NCBI GenBank assembly: GCA_030141605.1
Contig: JAQGDQ010002397.1
Coordinates: forward strand, 42,556 to 99,672
Length of the DNA stretch: 57,117 nucleotides
Direction: 5' to 3'
Source: Tubiluchus corallicola
Lineage: Eukaryota > Animalia > Priapulida
Shown here: positions 10,216-19,037 of the stretch, piece after piece
How the letters are laid out: each line of letters starts with the position of its first letter
Numbering within the stretch: position 1 is the first letter of the stretch
The notes under the pieces: model-generated
What the model was told of the DNA's origin: nothing
Seen by the model: only the letters and a program-made list of their open reading frames with translations
The model's database searches: none
Position numbers and translations under genes: made by a program

Positions 10216-10605
10216 TTAGTGATAGTCACCAATCCTACCTAGACTTACAATCAAGTGATCGTCAGTGACCGTCTCAGATGCAAGTACGCTGTATTGATCT
10301 GATATCTTGAATTTATGTGTAAATCCCTCAATCCCACCACCTGCAAGAGCCTTATATTCAGCATGAATTCCATTTTTCAACGTGCGAGCATTTCGCTCAC
10401 TTTTAAATGCCTCAGTAATACCAAACAAGCATTTCACTAGTTTTTTATACGACCACTTCCCATTATCATCCAGTAATTTTCCAGTTTTCTTACAATCGTA
10501 GATGTTGTGAAAGCTAAACAACAACTCCCTTTCTTTCTGTATTATATCGCCGATAGGCTCTTTTATACGATCTTTTTCAAGTTTATTGGGATCTATTTCC
10601 TTCAC
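10216..10605 (-). CDS. Hypothetical protein, putative toxin partner of the Panacea antitoxin (possibly RelE/YafQ-like)
   Basis: Starts 5 nt after the Panacea stop. The C-terminal LGRIGDYH resembles the RelE/YafQ terminal L-x-R-x-G-x-H motif. Confidence 0.5.
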   Translation of the reverse strand: MKEIDPNKLEKDRIKEPIGDIIQKERELLFSFHNIYDCKKTGKLLDDNGKWSYKKLVKCLFGITEAFKSERNARTLKNGIHAEYKALAGGGIEGFTHKFKISDQYSVLASETVTDDHLIVSLGRIGDYH

Positions 10606-10610
10606 TGCTA

Positions 10611-11100
10611 CTATACCAAAAGTTGCTTATAGTATTCTTTCATGCGATCCTTAGGAATCACGGTGGTAGCACCTAGATTATAAGCCTCTTTCCAAGGAGT
10701 CTCACGATGCGTCTTCCCCATTAGTGAAATAGCAGAGAGAGACCCATAAGCACCCATTACGGAGGATATGACACCTATTGACTCCGAGGATAAGCCAACC
10801 TTTCCTATTTTTTAGCTCTGATTCAGAAATGTCAATTATAGAACTTCCATACGAACGATACTCGCGATAGACGAGCTGCTCCACAGGGCCATACTCCCAC
10901 GCTTCGAAATCTTCTTGAAATAGTTCACTATCCGTTATAGCAAGATGAAACGCTTGACAGTAAAACAACAACTTTTGGAGTTTCAAATGAGAAATTTTGA
11001 GATCTCTTTCATGAGTTTGCAGATTAATCAAGTAACGGCTTACGTCTTGGCGGATTAAGTGATGTGCAGATACAGCAATACGTAACTGAACGAAGTACAA
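10611..11100 (-). pseudogene. Panacea (DUF4065/SocA/GepA-like) antitoxin, frameshifted in an A6 run
   Basis: LKLQKLLFY...FEAWEYGPV. The continuation ...YGSLSAISLMGKTHRETPWKEA...IPKDRMKEYY..* is in another frame after the T-run at 10808-10813. Confidence 0.85.
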
Positions 11101-11389
11101 TGATGACTCCTAACAACGCATCATAAAAAAGCTCAACTTCCTGAACCACTTTCAGTAACCGCGAACATTGGTACTTGCAATGTTTAGGTGTTTTATTAAA
11201 GAACATGCCCTAGGCTAAATTCAAGTTACACTGAGTTAATTTAGGCCCACTGTTTTTCCATGCAAATTTGAAACGTATTCTATTTGTAACATGTTTCAGA
11301 GATATTCTGAGCGTCTATGCTACTCACATCGTTCATATTACCACCCCTACCTATCTTCACAAGGCATCACCTTGCTACAAAGCTAATAG

Positions 11390-11460
11390 GCCCTATAAAC
11401 TTCGGGAAAAGTCAAGACGATCCTTAACAGCAGCGGAAGTCAAGCTACGACTCAATGGCA
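11390..11460 (+). pseudogene. Possible fragment of a DUF559-like endonuclease N-terminus
   Basis: KLREKSRRSLTAAEVKL resembles the DUF559 start (L...AR.LR...T.AE..LW); no continuation. Confidence 0.25.
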
Positions 11461-11552
11461 GTCCTGCACAAACAGTATATAGCGTTTGTAGCTTTGCACG
11501 ATATATATGACATAAGAGGATCTTCCAGCCTTCATTTCAGCTATGCAGGTGA

Positions 11553-11816
11553 TCAGTCCGTCTGCAGATAATCTTTATCGGGAGAATATTTATGTTTTAG
11601 ATGGCTGGGCTTGCACATCTCCCTATCAGCCTCTCTATTAAGTTGCTCCATCTCGGTAGGAGTGATATACAAACACACCTGCTCCGAGCGCTTAAGTTGC
11701 GGAGATACAATGCGTCTACCTACCCTCTTCTTCGGCTCTATCAGCTTCTTGTTCACCGGCTTAAGGCTATCAAGTACAGCCTTGTTCCTATCTGTCGTAT
11801 CTCTTGCACCCATCAC
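11553..11816 (-). CDS. Small ribbon-helix-helix-like protein (type Ib partition adaptor-like)
   Basis: Basic, probably disordered N-terminus, then QVCLYITPTEMEQLNREA (beta-strand then helix); ATGA-coupled to the ParA-like ORF. Confidence 0.45.
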   Translation of the reverse strand: MMGARDTTDRNKAVLDSLKPVNKKLIEPKKRVGRRIVSPQLKRSEQVCLYITPTEMEQLNREADREMCKPSHLKHKYSPDKDYLQTD

Positions 11817-12175
11817 TTAATCCCACCCAGGACTTCCACAGCATGAACTATGTCCGCAACATCACCCAATACGTTCCTATAAGTGATCTGTTTAAGCCTA
11901 TCACTCTTAACATAATCGTATATGGTCTTGCCTTCACGTAACGCATTGTCAAATACTTTGCCGTATCTCAGCCGTAAAACCGGTATTTCATCCTCCGGAA
12001 AGTTGTCATTGATGGCTTCCTCAAGCATGGAGCCTTCACGATACATACTCTCCACAACTAAAATGTTCCTGTTGTATCCCCTGAACTCCGCAATACTGTC
12101 TAAACACACCTTCATACTGTTCAAGTCCGAAAGAGTAGGCACAAGAACAGCAATGCCAACATACACAATATCCAA
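11813..12175 (-). pseudogene. ParA-family ATPase, C-terminal half only
   Basis: VLVPT..D...., ILVV, ALREGKTIYDY resemble the ParA C-terminus; no Walker A upstream. Confidence 0.55.
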
Positions 12176-12441
12176 AATCCTTGGTCTACAGTAGCATAGC
12201 TATGACTGAAAAGCATTTGGCTTGAGATTGCGTCTGATATCAGGCGTACATCTCAAGCCCTGCTAGGGAAATACAACGCACTGTGAAATAGCTGTACGAG
12301 TGGTGAAGGTTAGACATTGACAGGCTAGCATAAGCTGTGTTAATCTGTCGGTGGAATGAGGGGTGAAGATCGGAAACATGTTGTTTTGTTCCCTTATGAA
12401 GCCAAAGAAAGTAAAATACAGATAATGTTATCGTAATTACA

Positions 12442-12525
12442 GCCGAAGTGGCGGAACTGGTAGACGCAGTGGACTCAAAATCCACCGGGTTCGCACCTGT
12501 GGGGGTTCGAGTCCCCCCTTCGGCA
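12442..12525 (+). tRNA. tRNA-Leu(CAA), CCA not encoded
   Basis: GCCGAAGTGGCGGAACTGGTAGACGCAGTGGACT-CAA-AATCCAC, long variable arm, GGGGGTTCGAGTCCCCCCTTCGGCA. Confidence 0.97.
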
Positions 12526-13228
12526 CTTAAAAAAGCACGCTCCGTAGAGACAATGCCAACTTGGTGGGGTTTGTTCCCACTATAGACACACAGACAACAA
12601 TACTTGGGTCTTGTCTGGCTCAGTGGTGTGTGTCCTGCTCAAAGTCTTAGCATCTAAAGAATATCCGTTCAAAATCAATAAATGGCTTGCCGGGGCTCCT
12701 AACTGGGACCGCTAACACAAGCCTCACTGCATGACACTGAAAGGGCGACTAACCAGATGCAAAATTAACCACAAATGTCATAACGGAATACATTGAAATA
12801 GATACGTACTCGGACAACGAGTGCAAGCCACCTGTGAGGATACACACAAACGGTGACATCTCCTACTCACAAACATCCTTTCAACTAATTAAGAGTTGAA
12901 AATATCTCGCCTCAAACCCAAACAAACCTTGAATGACTAAACTCAAGCCACTGGAAACAACCGAAAGATAAATTATTCACGAAAATGATACACCAAAAGA
13001 GGCACCGCACCGTTTTTCCGTAAGCAAAGCTTTGTGGTGGCATCATCGAGAGTTCCGAATAGAACAACCACAACACAACACACAAACAACCTTGAGGCGC
13101 ACAAACATCACCGCTCCACAACGCCTTCAAACAAGCCTCAGCATGCCTGGAGCAAATCATGAAGAAATCATCCTGCGGCGGAGACAAAGCCCCGCCGCAA
13201 GACACTATTCTCAAATATGCAACCTACG

Positions 13229-14773
13229 TTAGAAGGTCACCAAAGGATACAGCACGTAAAAAGCCAAGATAAGTATGAGGATCGCTACAACATTTATAAC
13301 TCCTCCGACCTTTAACATATCCCCAACAGTCAGCTGCCCGCTAGCAAAAACTATGGCATTAGGTGGCGTTGCAACAGGCAACATAAACACGCAACTTGCC
13401 GCCATAGCGGTAGCTATCATCATCACCAACGGATCAGCGCTTATCTCAAGAGCAAGAGCCGCAATTAGGGGCAAGAACGTCGCTGTTGTTGCGGTATTGC
13501 TCGTAACGTGACTAACAGCGCAAACAACTATAATCACAACGATAGTGATCATCATCGGCGGCATACTGGCAAGGCCTCCCATCAAGCTTGCGATATAGTT
13601 TGAAAAACCGGTGGCAGTGATGGCACTGCCTAAACTCAAACCGCCTCCAAAAAGCAGAAGCACGCCCCAGGATATCTTCTGAGTATCCTTCCACTCCAGC
13701 ATAAACTCTCCCTTAGATGGGTATACAGGCACAAGAAATAGAATAACTGCAGAAAACATCACTATACCAGAATCCGTCAAGTTCATGAAGTCCGGCAAAA
13801 ATCCGGTAGTAATCTTTCTAAACATCCAGTTGATGATGGTAAACAAGAAAACGATACCTACCATAATCTCACCGCGGGACAAGTTGCCGAGAGCCTTAAT
13901 CTCATCATTGACCACCTGTCCAACGCCCTCAATATCTATGTGATCAACCTTGAAAAGAACTTTTGTCATCAATAACCATGCGAGCACCATCAGGACAACA
14001 ACGATGGGAGTAGCAAAAACCATCCACTCGCCAAACCCTATCTCGACCCCTTCCAAAATCGAAGACACATTACTGGCAAGAAGAGCATTCGGCGGCGTCC
14101 CGATCAACGTCCCCATGCCACCGATGTTTGCCCCATACGCAATACTCAGGAGGAGAGGCACAGCAAATGTCAACTCGTCATAATCAGGGTTTTTAGCTTT
14201 GGCAAGCTCAGTTACCATCATGATGACAGAAAGACCGATAGGCAACATCATGGCAGCTGTTGCAGTATTACTCATCCACATGGAGAGGAAACCCGTTGCA
14301 ATCATAAACCCGAGAATGATATTCGAAGGCTTCGCACCAACAAGCTTGAGTATGGTCAAGGCAATCCTTCTATGCAAATTCCACCGCTCAAGAGCAAGAG
14401 CCAATATGAAACCACCGAGAAAGAGAAAGATCAATGAGTGCGCATAAGGCGCAGCCGCTTTGGAAAAATTAACCACTCCAAGAAAAGGGAAAGCTACAAG
14501 AGGAATAAGGGCAGTAGCGTATATAGGCATACTTTCAAAAATCCAAAAAATAGCCATAAGTGCTGCCACCGCAGCAGCTCTCCAAATGATGTCAGCTGAA
14601 TACTCTTTGCCACTTCCAGCCATCTCCTTCACCCAAAGGTGCAAACTGTCAGGTGGACCGGAGATCAGCATCAGAAGAAAAACGGCAAAACCGATACCAA
14701 CACCAACGTAGCGCTTAAACAAAGGGTTCAAATATATGGGAACTTTAGCCACATCCGAACTTGCATTGCTCAT
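13229..14773 (-). CDS. DASS/SLC13 sodium-coupled di/tricarboxylate (anion) symporter
   Basis: SMWMSNTAT and TSNTAT motifs, IGTPPN, FMLPVATPPNAIVF. Confidence 0.93.
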   Translation of the reverse strand: MSNASSDVAKVPIYLNPLFKRYVGVGIGFAVFLLMLISGPPDSLHLWVKEMAGSGKEYSADIIWRAAAVAALMAIFWIFESMPIYATALIPLVAFPFLGVVNFSKAAAPYAHSLIFLFLGGFILALALERWNLHRRIALTILKLVGAKPSNIILGFMIATGFLSMWMSNTATAAMMLPIGLSVIMMVTELAKAKNPDYDELTFAVPLLLSIAYGANIGGMGTLIGTPPNALLASNVSSILEGVEIGFGEWMVFATPIVVVLMVLAWLLMTKVLFKVDHIDIEGVGQVVNDEIKALGNLSRGEIMVGIVFLFTIINWMFRKITTGFLPDFMNLTDSGIVMFSAVILFLVPVYPSKGEFMLEWKDTQKISWGVLLLFGGGLSLGSAITATGFSNYIASLMGGLASMPPMMITIVVIIVVCAVSHVTSNTATTATFLPLIAALALEISADPLVMMIATAMAASCVFMLPVATPPNAIVFASGQLTVGDMLKVGGVINVVAILILILAFYVLYPLVTF

Positions 14774-14821
14774 AAAACAGAACCTCCTTCAGAAAAAATA
14801 ACCCAACCGCACAAAGCCAAT

Positions 14822-14858
14822 CCGATAGCATATGTCGCGCCCGAAAGCATATGTCGCG
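14822..14858. repeat. 18-bp direct repeat x2 (19-bp period) in the DASS 5' UTR
   Basis: CCGATAGCATATGTCGCG (14822-14839) and CCGAAAGCATATGTCGCG (14841-14858). Confidence 0.85.
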
Positions 14859-14883
14859 GAACAATCATAAATGCACCCAAAAC

Positions 14884-14912
14884 AATATAACCACCCCCTC
14901 ATGGCATGTCAA
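14884..14912 (-). promoter_or_regulatory. Sigma70-type promoter of the DASS gene
   Basis: TTGACA-N17-TATATT on the minus strand. Confidence 0.65.
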
Positions 14913-15265
14913 TACATCATTTTGAAAATCAGAATAAATCTGCGCTTTTTGCGAAAAAAAATATACTTATATAACTAAAGCACTTGCGGAACTTATACAA
15001 AAAAATGCGAAAACAAGCCATAAAACACGATAAAAAGAGAAATAATATCTTATTATATAGCGTTCTATTTTCAAAAAGAAATGCCTAGATGTTCTGCATT
15101 TAATACTAATAGAAGCGCGAAAAGGAAAAAAATAAAAATTCAGATGCAATATTGTTGTAATACTCTAGTAGAATATGTAGACTACACGGATGTGGTTTTT
15201 TAAAAATTAGGATTAATTTTTATTTACCTACAATCATTAAAATATCTTTTAGGAGGAATTTAAAG

Positions 15266-15742
15266 ATGGATGTGAAGGTTAAAGATTTTGATGAAATCGT
15301 TGTAGCGTCTGTGCGTCATGTAGGCCCTTATGAGGGGTGTGAAGAAGCCTGGAAGGAGCTTTGTTCCAATCCAAACGTTGCTAAATATCTGAGCAAACCG
15401 GACTCTTTGTGTCTCGGGATAAGCTATGACAACCCTGATATGGTGGAAAAGAGCAATCTTCGTTATGACGCCTGCATCACTGTTGATGAAGAGCAGGATT
15501 TCGGGGGCAATGTCAAGGCGCTGAAGATCCCAGCCGCTAAGTACGCAACGTATATGTACCAAGGCAACTACAGCGGGCTTTACATTTGCTATAAGCAACT
15601 TTTTGAGGAGTGGCTTCCTGCAAGCGGTTATAAGTTTGACCATACAGCGGAAATACCGACCATAGAAGTTTATCACACAAACCCCATGACCACTAAACCG
15701 GACGATAATGTCACAGAGATCCGATTTCCAGTGACAAAATAG
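15266..15742 (+). CDS. GyrI-like small-molecule-binding protein
   Basis: RHVGPY, GISYDNP....LRYDACI, YATYMYQGNY...WLPASG, EVY...TEIRFPV. Confidence 0.9.
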   Translation: MDVKVKDFDEIVVASVRHVGPYEGCEEAWKELCSNPNVAKYLSKPDSLCLGISYDNPDMVEKSNLRYDACITVDEEQDFGGNVKALKIPAAKYATYMYQGNYSGLYICYKQLFEEWLPASGYKFDHTAEIPTIEVYHTNPMTTKPDDNVTEIRFPVTK

Positions 15743-15769
15743 GCGGCTCAGAAAACAAACTTCCGATGG

Positions 15770-15798
15770 TTGCTTCTATAGCCCTGCAGGCATACAAT
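15770..15798 (+). promoter_or_regulatory. Sigma70-type promoter of the TRAP/GH31 operon
   Basis: TTGCTT-N17-TACAAT; predicted +1 near 15804. Confidence 0.6.
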
Positions 15799-15802
15799 AT
15801 TT

Positions 15803-15954
15803 AACAGACAGCGATCTCTGGGAGCGTGGTAGTAGTCCTTGGACATCGGCAAGCTGTTCATAGGGTGTGCAGCGATCTCTGGGAGCGTGGTGGTAGACCC
15901 CCAAACACTAAAAGGGTGCTCTATAGGCGTAAACAGTTTTGGAGTGCCCTTTTT
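15803..15954 (+). ncRNA. Candidate tandem riboswitch/attenuator leader of unknown class
   Basis: Two 27-nt repeats CAGCGATCTCTGGGAGCGTGGT(A/G)GTAG at 15809 and 15870. Each is enclosed by its own closing stem, and the second stem overlaps an intrinsic terminator. Confidence 0.55.
15910..15954 (+). terminator. Intrinsic terminator in the leader upstream of dctP
   Basis: AAAAGGGTGCTCTA / TGGAGTGCCCTTTT stem with G-U pairs (strand-specific for +), followed by a U-run. Confidence 0.7.
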
Positions 15955-16010
15955 CGATAATGGGTGGTGGTGTGCCTGAAAATCAAAATCATTTCCAAGG
16001 AGGAAATAAC

Positions 16011-17006
16011 TTGATGTTAAAAAAGATAATGTTACTCACATTTAGCCTAACTCTTATGTCAAGCGGATATGCGTATGCTAAAAAACAGACGCTGAAACTG
16101 GCTCACAACTTGAGTGAAGATCACCCCACAAGCGTGGCGTTGAAGAAGTTTGCCGATGATGTTCGGCAAAAAACCGATGGCGAAATACGGATACGCCTAT
16201 TTCTTAACAGTGTGCTAGGTTCCGAAAGAGAGGTTTTGGAGCAGGTACAGAATGGCATCGTGGATATGACAAGAGTCAGTTCAAACAATCTCGAAAACTT
16301 CAGCGAAGTATACACCGCTTTCACTTTGCCCTATCTGTTTGATGATCAGGATCATTTTGCAAGGGCTTTAGGCGGTGAAGTTGGGGATTTTGTACACAAT
16401 GCCGCAACGGACAAAGGTTTTTACGGTTTAACATTCTTTTCCGGAGGAGCGAGAAGTTTTTACACCGTGGGCAAGCCAATCCTGACGCCAGAAGACTTGA
16501 AAGGACAAAAAATCAGAGTTATGAATAGCCGCACAGCCATTCGTATGATAGAGCTTATGGGTGGAACACCGACGCCGTTGCCATTTAGCGACATCTACAC
16601 CGCTTTGCAGCAAAAAGTCATCGACGGGGCAGAGAGCAATCCTACAGTACTGACCATTGGACGCCACGGAGAGGTTGCAAAACATTTTTCCTTTGACGAA
16701 CACACCATGATACCTGAATTTTTGATAATCAGCACAAAATCATGGGCAAAACTCACCCCAGAACAACAGAAGATTATAAAGGAAACTGCCGTAGAGACCA
16801 CAGAGTTTCACATGGACCTTTGGAGCAAAACCATAGACGACTCAATAGAGGAAGCGAAAACGAAGCTGAACGTAAAGTTTTACTACCCAGAGAAGGATGC
16901 ATTCAGAGAAAAGGTGCAGCCGCTTTACAAAGAGTTTGAAGACAACCCAACTGTGTATAAAGTAATCGAAGGAATACGCGCCACTTCAAACTCAGGCAAA
17001 TTGTAA
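16011..17006 (+). CDS. dctP: TRAP transporter substrate-binding protein (copy 1)
   Basis: Signal peptide, LGSEREVLEQ, DLKGQKIRV, IYTALQQKVIDGAE; AGGAGG RBS. Confidence 0.93.
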   Translation: MMLKKIMLLTFSLTLMSSGYAYAKKQTLKLAHNLSEDHPTSVALKKFADDVRQKTDGEIRIRLFLNSVLGSEREVLEQVQNGIVDMTRVSSNNLENFSEVYTAFTLPYLFDDQDHFARALGGEVGDFVHNAATDKGFYGLTFFSGGARSFYTVGKPILTPEDLKGQKIRVMNSRTAIRMIELMGGTPTPLPFSDIYTALQQKVIDGAESNPTVLTIGRHGEVAKHFSFDEHTMIPEFLIISTKSWAKLTPEQQKIIKETAVETTEFHMDLWSKTIDDSIEEAKTKLNVKFYYPEKDAFREKVQPLYKEFEDNPTVYKVIEGIRATSNSGKL

Positions 17007-17042
17007 TACAGCTTGCACTTTACAAATTTGCGACACAAATCA

Positions 17043-17067
17043 GTGGAGGGGAAAGATACCCCTCCAC
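17043..17067. terminator. Perfect 9-bp hairpin after dctP1 (terminator or mRNA stabiliser)
   Basis: GTGGAGGGG-aaagata-CCCCTCCAC; no U-tail. Confidence 0.5.
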
Positions 17068-17226
17068 ACAATAACCTATGCCATAACCAAAATTATCCAT
17101 AAAAACAAACGCACAAAGTCCAGCTCAAAGCATAATGTGCATAATCAGCACGAAATCAGGAATAATTCTGAAAAAATGCATCAAAAATTCAATTCATGTT
17201 CTTTTTTGACGCAAGGATATAACTAC

Positions 17227-17255
17227 TTGACTTATAAGTCCAAATAACAAATAAT
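17227..17255 (+). promoter_or_regulatory. Promoter of dctP2 with an overlapping palindromic operator
   Basis: TTGACT-N17-AATAAT; perfect 12-bp palindrome GACTTATAAGTC at 17229-17240. Confidence 0.55.
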
Positions 17256-17287
17256 GAGACGATTTAATAATTCTTGAGGGGGTTCCC

Positions 17288-18274
17288 ATGACATTAAACA
17301 GAGTACTGATGCTTACGATTTGCATAACGCTTTTGTCTGGAGGTTATGCTTTTGCCAAAAAACAGACACTGAAACTGGCTCACAACCTGAGCGATGATCA
17401 CCCAACAAGTGTAGCTCTGAAGAAGTTTGCCGATGATATTAAGGAAAAAAGCGACGGTCAAATACGAATTCGTCTTTTTCTAAACGGCGTTCTAGGTTCC
17501 GAGAGAGAGGTTTTGGAGCAGGTTCAGAATGGAATCGTGGATATGACAAGAGTTGGGTCAAATAGCCTAGAGAGCTTCAGCGAGGTGTATACCGCCTTTA
17601 CCTTGCCATACCTATTCGATGATAGGGATCATTTTTACGATACACTGAGGGGAAAGGTCGGCGAAGAGATATATGAGGCTGCCGTAGACAAGGGTTTTTA
17701 CGGCTTGACATTTTTTGATGGGGGCGTAAGGAGCTTTTATACGGTGGGCAAGCCCATCATGTCTCCTGATGATCTTAAGGGGCAGAAGATTAGGGTTATG
17801 AACAGCCACACCGCCATCCGCACCATTGAGCTTATGGGTGGAACTCCGACGCCACTGCCTTATGGCGACATTTACACAGCTTTGCAGCAGAAGGTTATAG
17901 ATGGCGCTGAGAACAACCCTACTGCTTTGACCATAGGACGTCATGGAGAGGTTGCAAAATACTACTCCTTTGACGAGCACAGCATGGTGCCTGATTTTCT
18001 AGTAATCAGCACAAAATCCTGGGCAAAGCTCACTCCAGAACAACAAAAGATAGTGAAAGAGGTCGCCCTCGCCACTACAGAATTTCATATCGATCTTTGG
18101 AAGAAAACTGTAAACGACGCCATAGAGGAAGCAAAGACCAAAATGAATGTCAAGTTTTACTACCCTGAAAAAGAGGCCTTCAGAGAAAAGGTACAGCCGC
18201 TTTATAAAGAGTTTGAGGACAATCCCGTTATCTACAAAATAGTGCAGGATATACGCGCCACAAGCACTAAATAA
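17288..18274 (+). CDS. dctP: TRAP transporter substrate-binding protein (copy 2)
   Basis: Close paralog of copy 1; KIRVMNS, IDGAENN. Confidence 0.93.
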   Translation: MTLNRVLMLTICITLLSGGYAFAKKQTLKLAHNLSDDHPTSVALKKFADDIKEKSDGQIRIRLFLNGVLGSEREVLEQVQNGIVDMTRVGSNSLESFSEVYTAFTLPYLFDDRDHFYDTLRGKVGEEIYEAAVDKGFYGLTFFDGGVRSFYTVGKPIMSPDDLKGQKIRVMNSHTAIRTIELMGGTPTPLPYGDIYTALQQKVIDGAENNPTALTIGRHGEVAKYYSFDEHSMVPDFLVISTKSWAKLTPEQQKIVKEVALATTEFHIDLWKKTVNDAIEEAKTKMNVKFYYPEKEAFREKVQPLYKEFEDNPVIYKIVQDIRATSTK

Positions 18275-18297
18275 TTTGGTTGCACGAAAATTATCAC

Positions 18298-18344
18298 GCA
18301 GAGAAGCAGGAAGCCAATTACGCTTTTTTTGCTTCTCTGCTTTT
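18298..18344 (+). terminator. Hairpin plus U-tract after dctP2
   Basis: GCAGAGAAGCA...TGCTTCTCTGC-TTTT. Confidence 0.6.
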
Positions 18345-18483
18345 CAATGTCTTTAAAGTATTTTGATCTTCATAAGAGTTTTTTCAAGCGTACTTTTTTT
18401 GAGTAGCTGGAATGTGGGGTGTTGCGCATTCTGTTTGGATTGCGCTAAGTTTTAAATCAATCTTTAAAAATTGAAGAGGTTTT

Positions 18484-18966
18484 ATGTTATCTAATAAAAA
18501 AGTTGGACGCATCGAAAAAGTATTGGGCTGGATATTAGTATTTCTTATATTCACTCTCGTTTGCGCTACCGTGTGGCAGGTCTTCTCCAGGTACATACTT
18601 GCCAATCCCAGCAAATATACAGAAGAGTTTTTGCGGTTTGTAATGATATGGACAGGATTGCTGGGGGCAGCTTACGCTTTTGGCACGGAAGAGCACTTGA
18701 GTTTGGTGTTCGTTAGAGACAAGATCGAAGGGGTAAAAGCCATTGCGTTGCGTTGCATAATAGATGCGATATCTCTGTCTTTTGCGCTTTGTGTTTTGGT
18801 TTATGGCGGCTGGAGAGCAGTGTATACCAATTTGGAACAGATATCGCCTATACTCAGGCTACCCATGGGCTATGTTTACGCCATACTGCCCATATCGGGT
18901 GTCCTTATCTCTGTATTTTTGGTGAGGAACCTTATCCTGTTCCTTATGCCGCAGAAACAGGACTAG
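18484..18966 (+). CDS. dctQ: TRAP small permease
   Basis: QVFSRY...TEE..RF..IW...LGAAY....HL; about 4 TM. Confidence 0.92.
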   Translation: MLSNKKVGRIEKVLGWILVFLIFTLVCATVWQVFSRYILANPSKYTEEFLRFVMIWTGLLGAAYAFGTEEHLSLVFVRDKIEGVKAIALRCIIDAISLSFALCVLVYGGWRAVYTNLEQISPILRLPMGYVYAILPISGVLISVFLVRNLILFLMPQKQD

Positions 18967-19037
18967 TGGGTTTATTCATGCTCTTTCTAACACGGTTTAG
19001 ACAGACAACAATCTTAAATTCTTAGGGGGTTACTATT

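Noticed and set aside
15809-15896. 27-bp repeat plus 34-bp spacer resembling a minimal CRISPR array
   Set aside because: Only two repeats, no cas genes in the window, the spacer base-pairs with the flanks, and the position between promoter and terminator fits a leader RNA better
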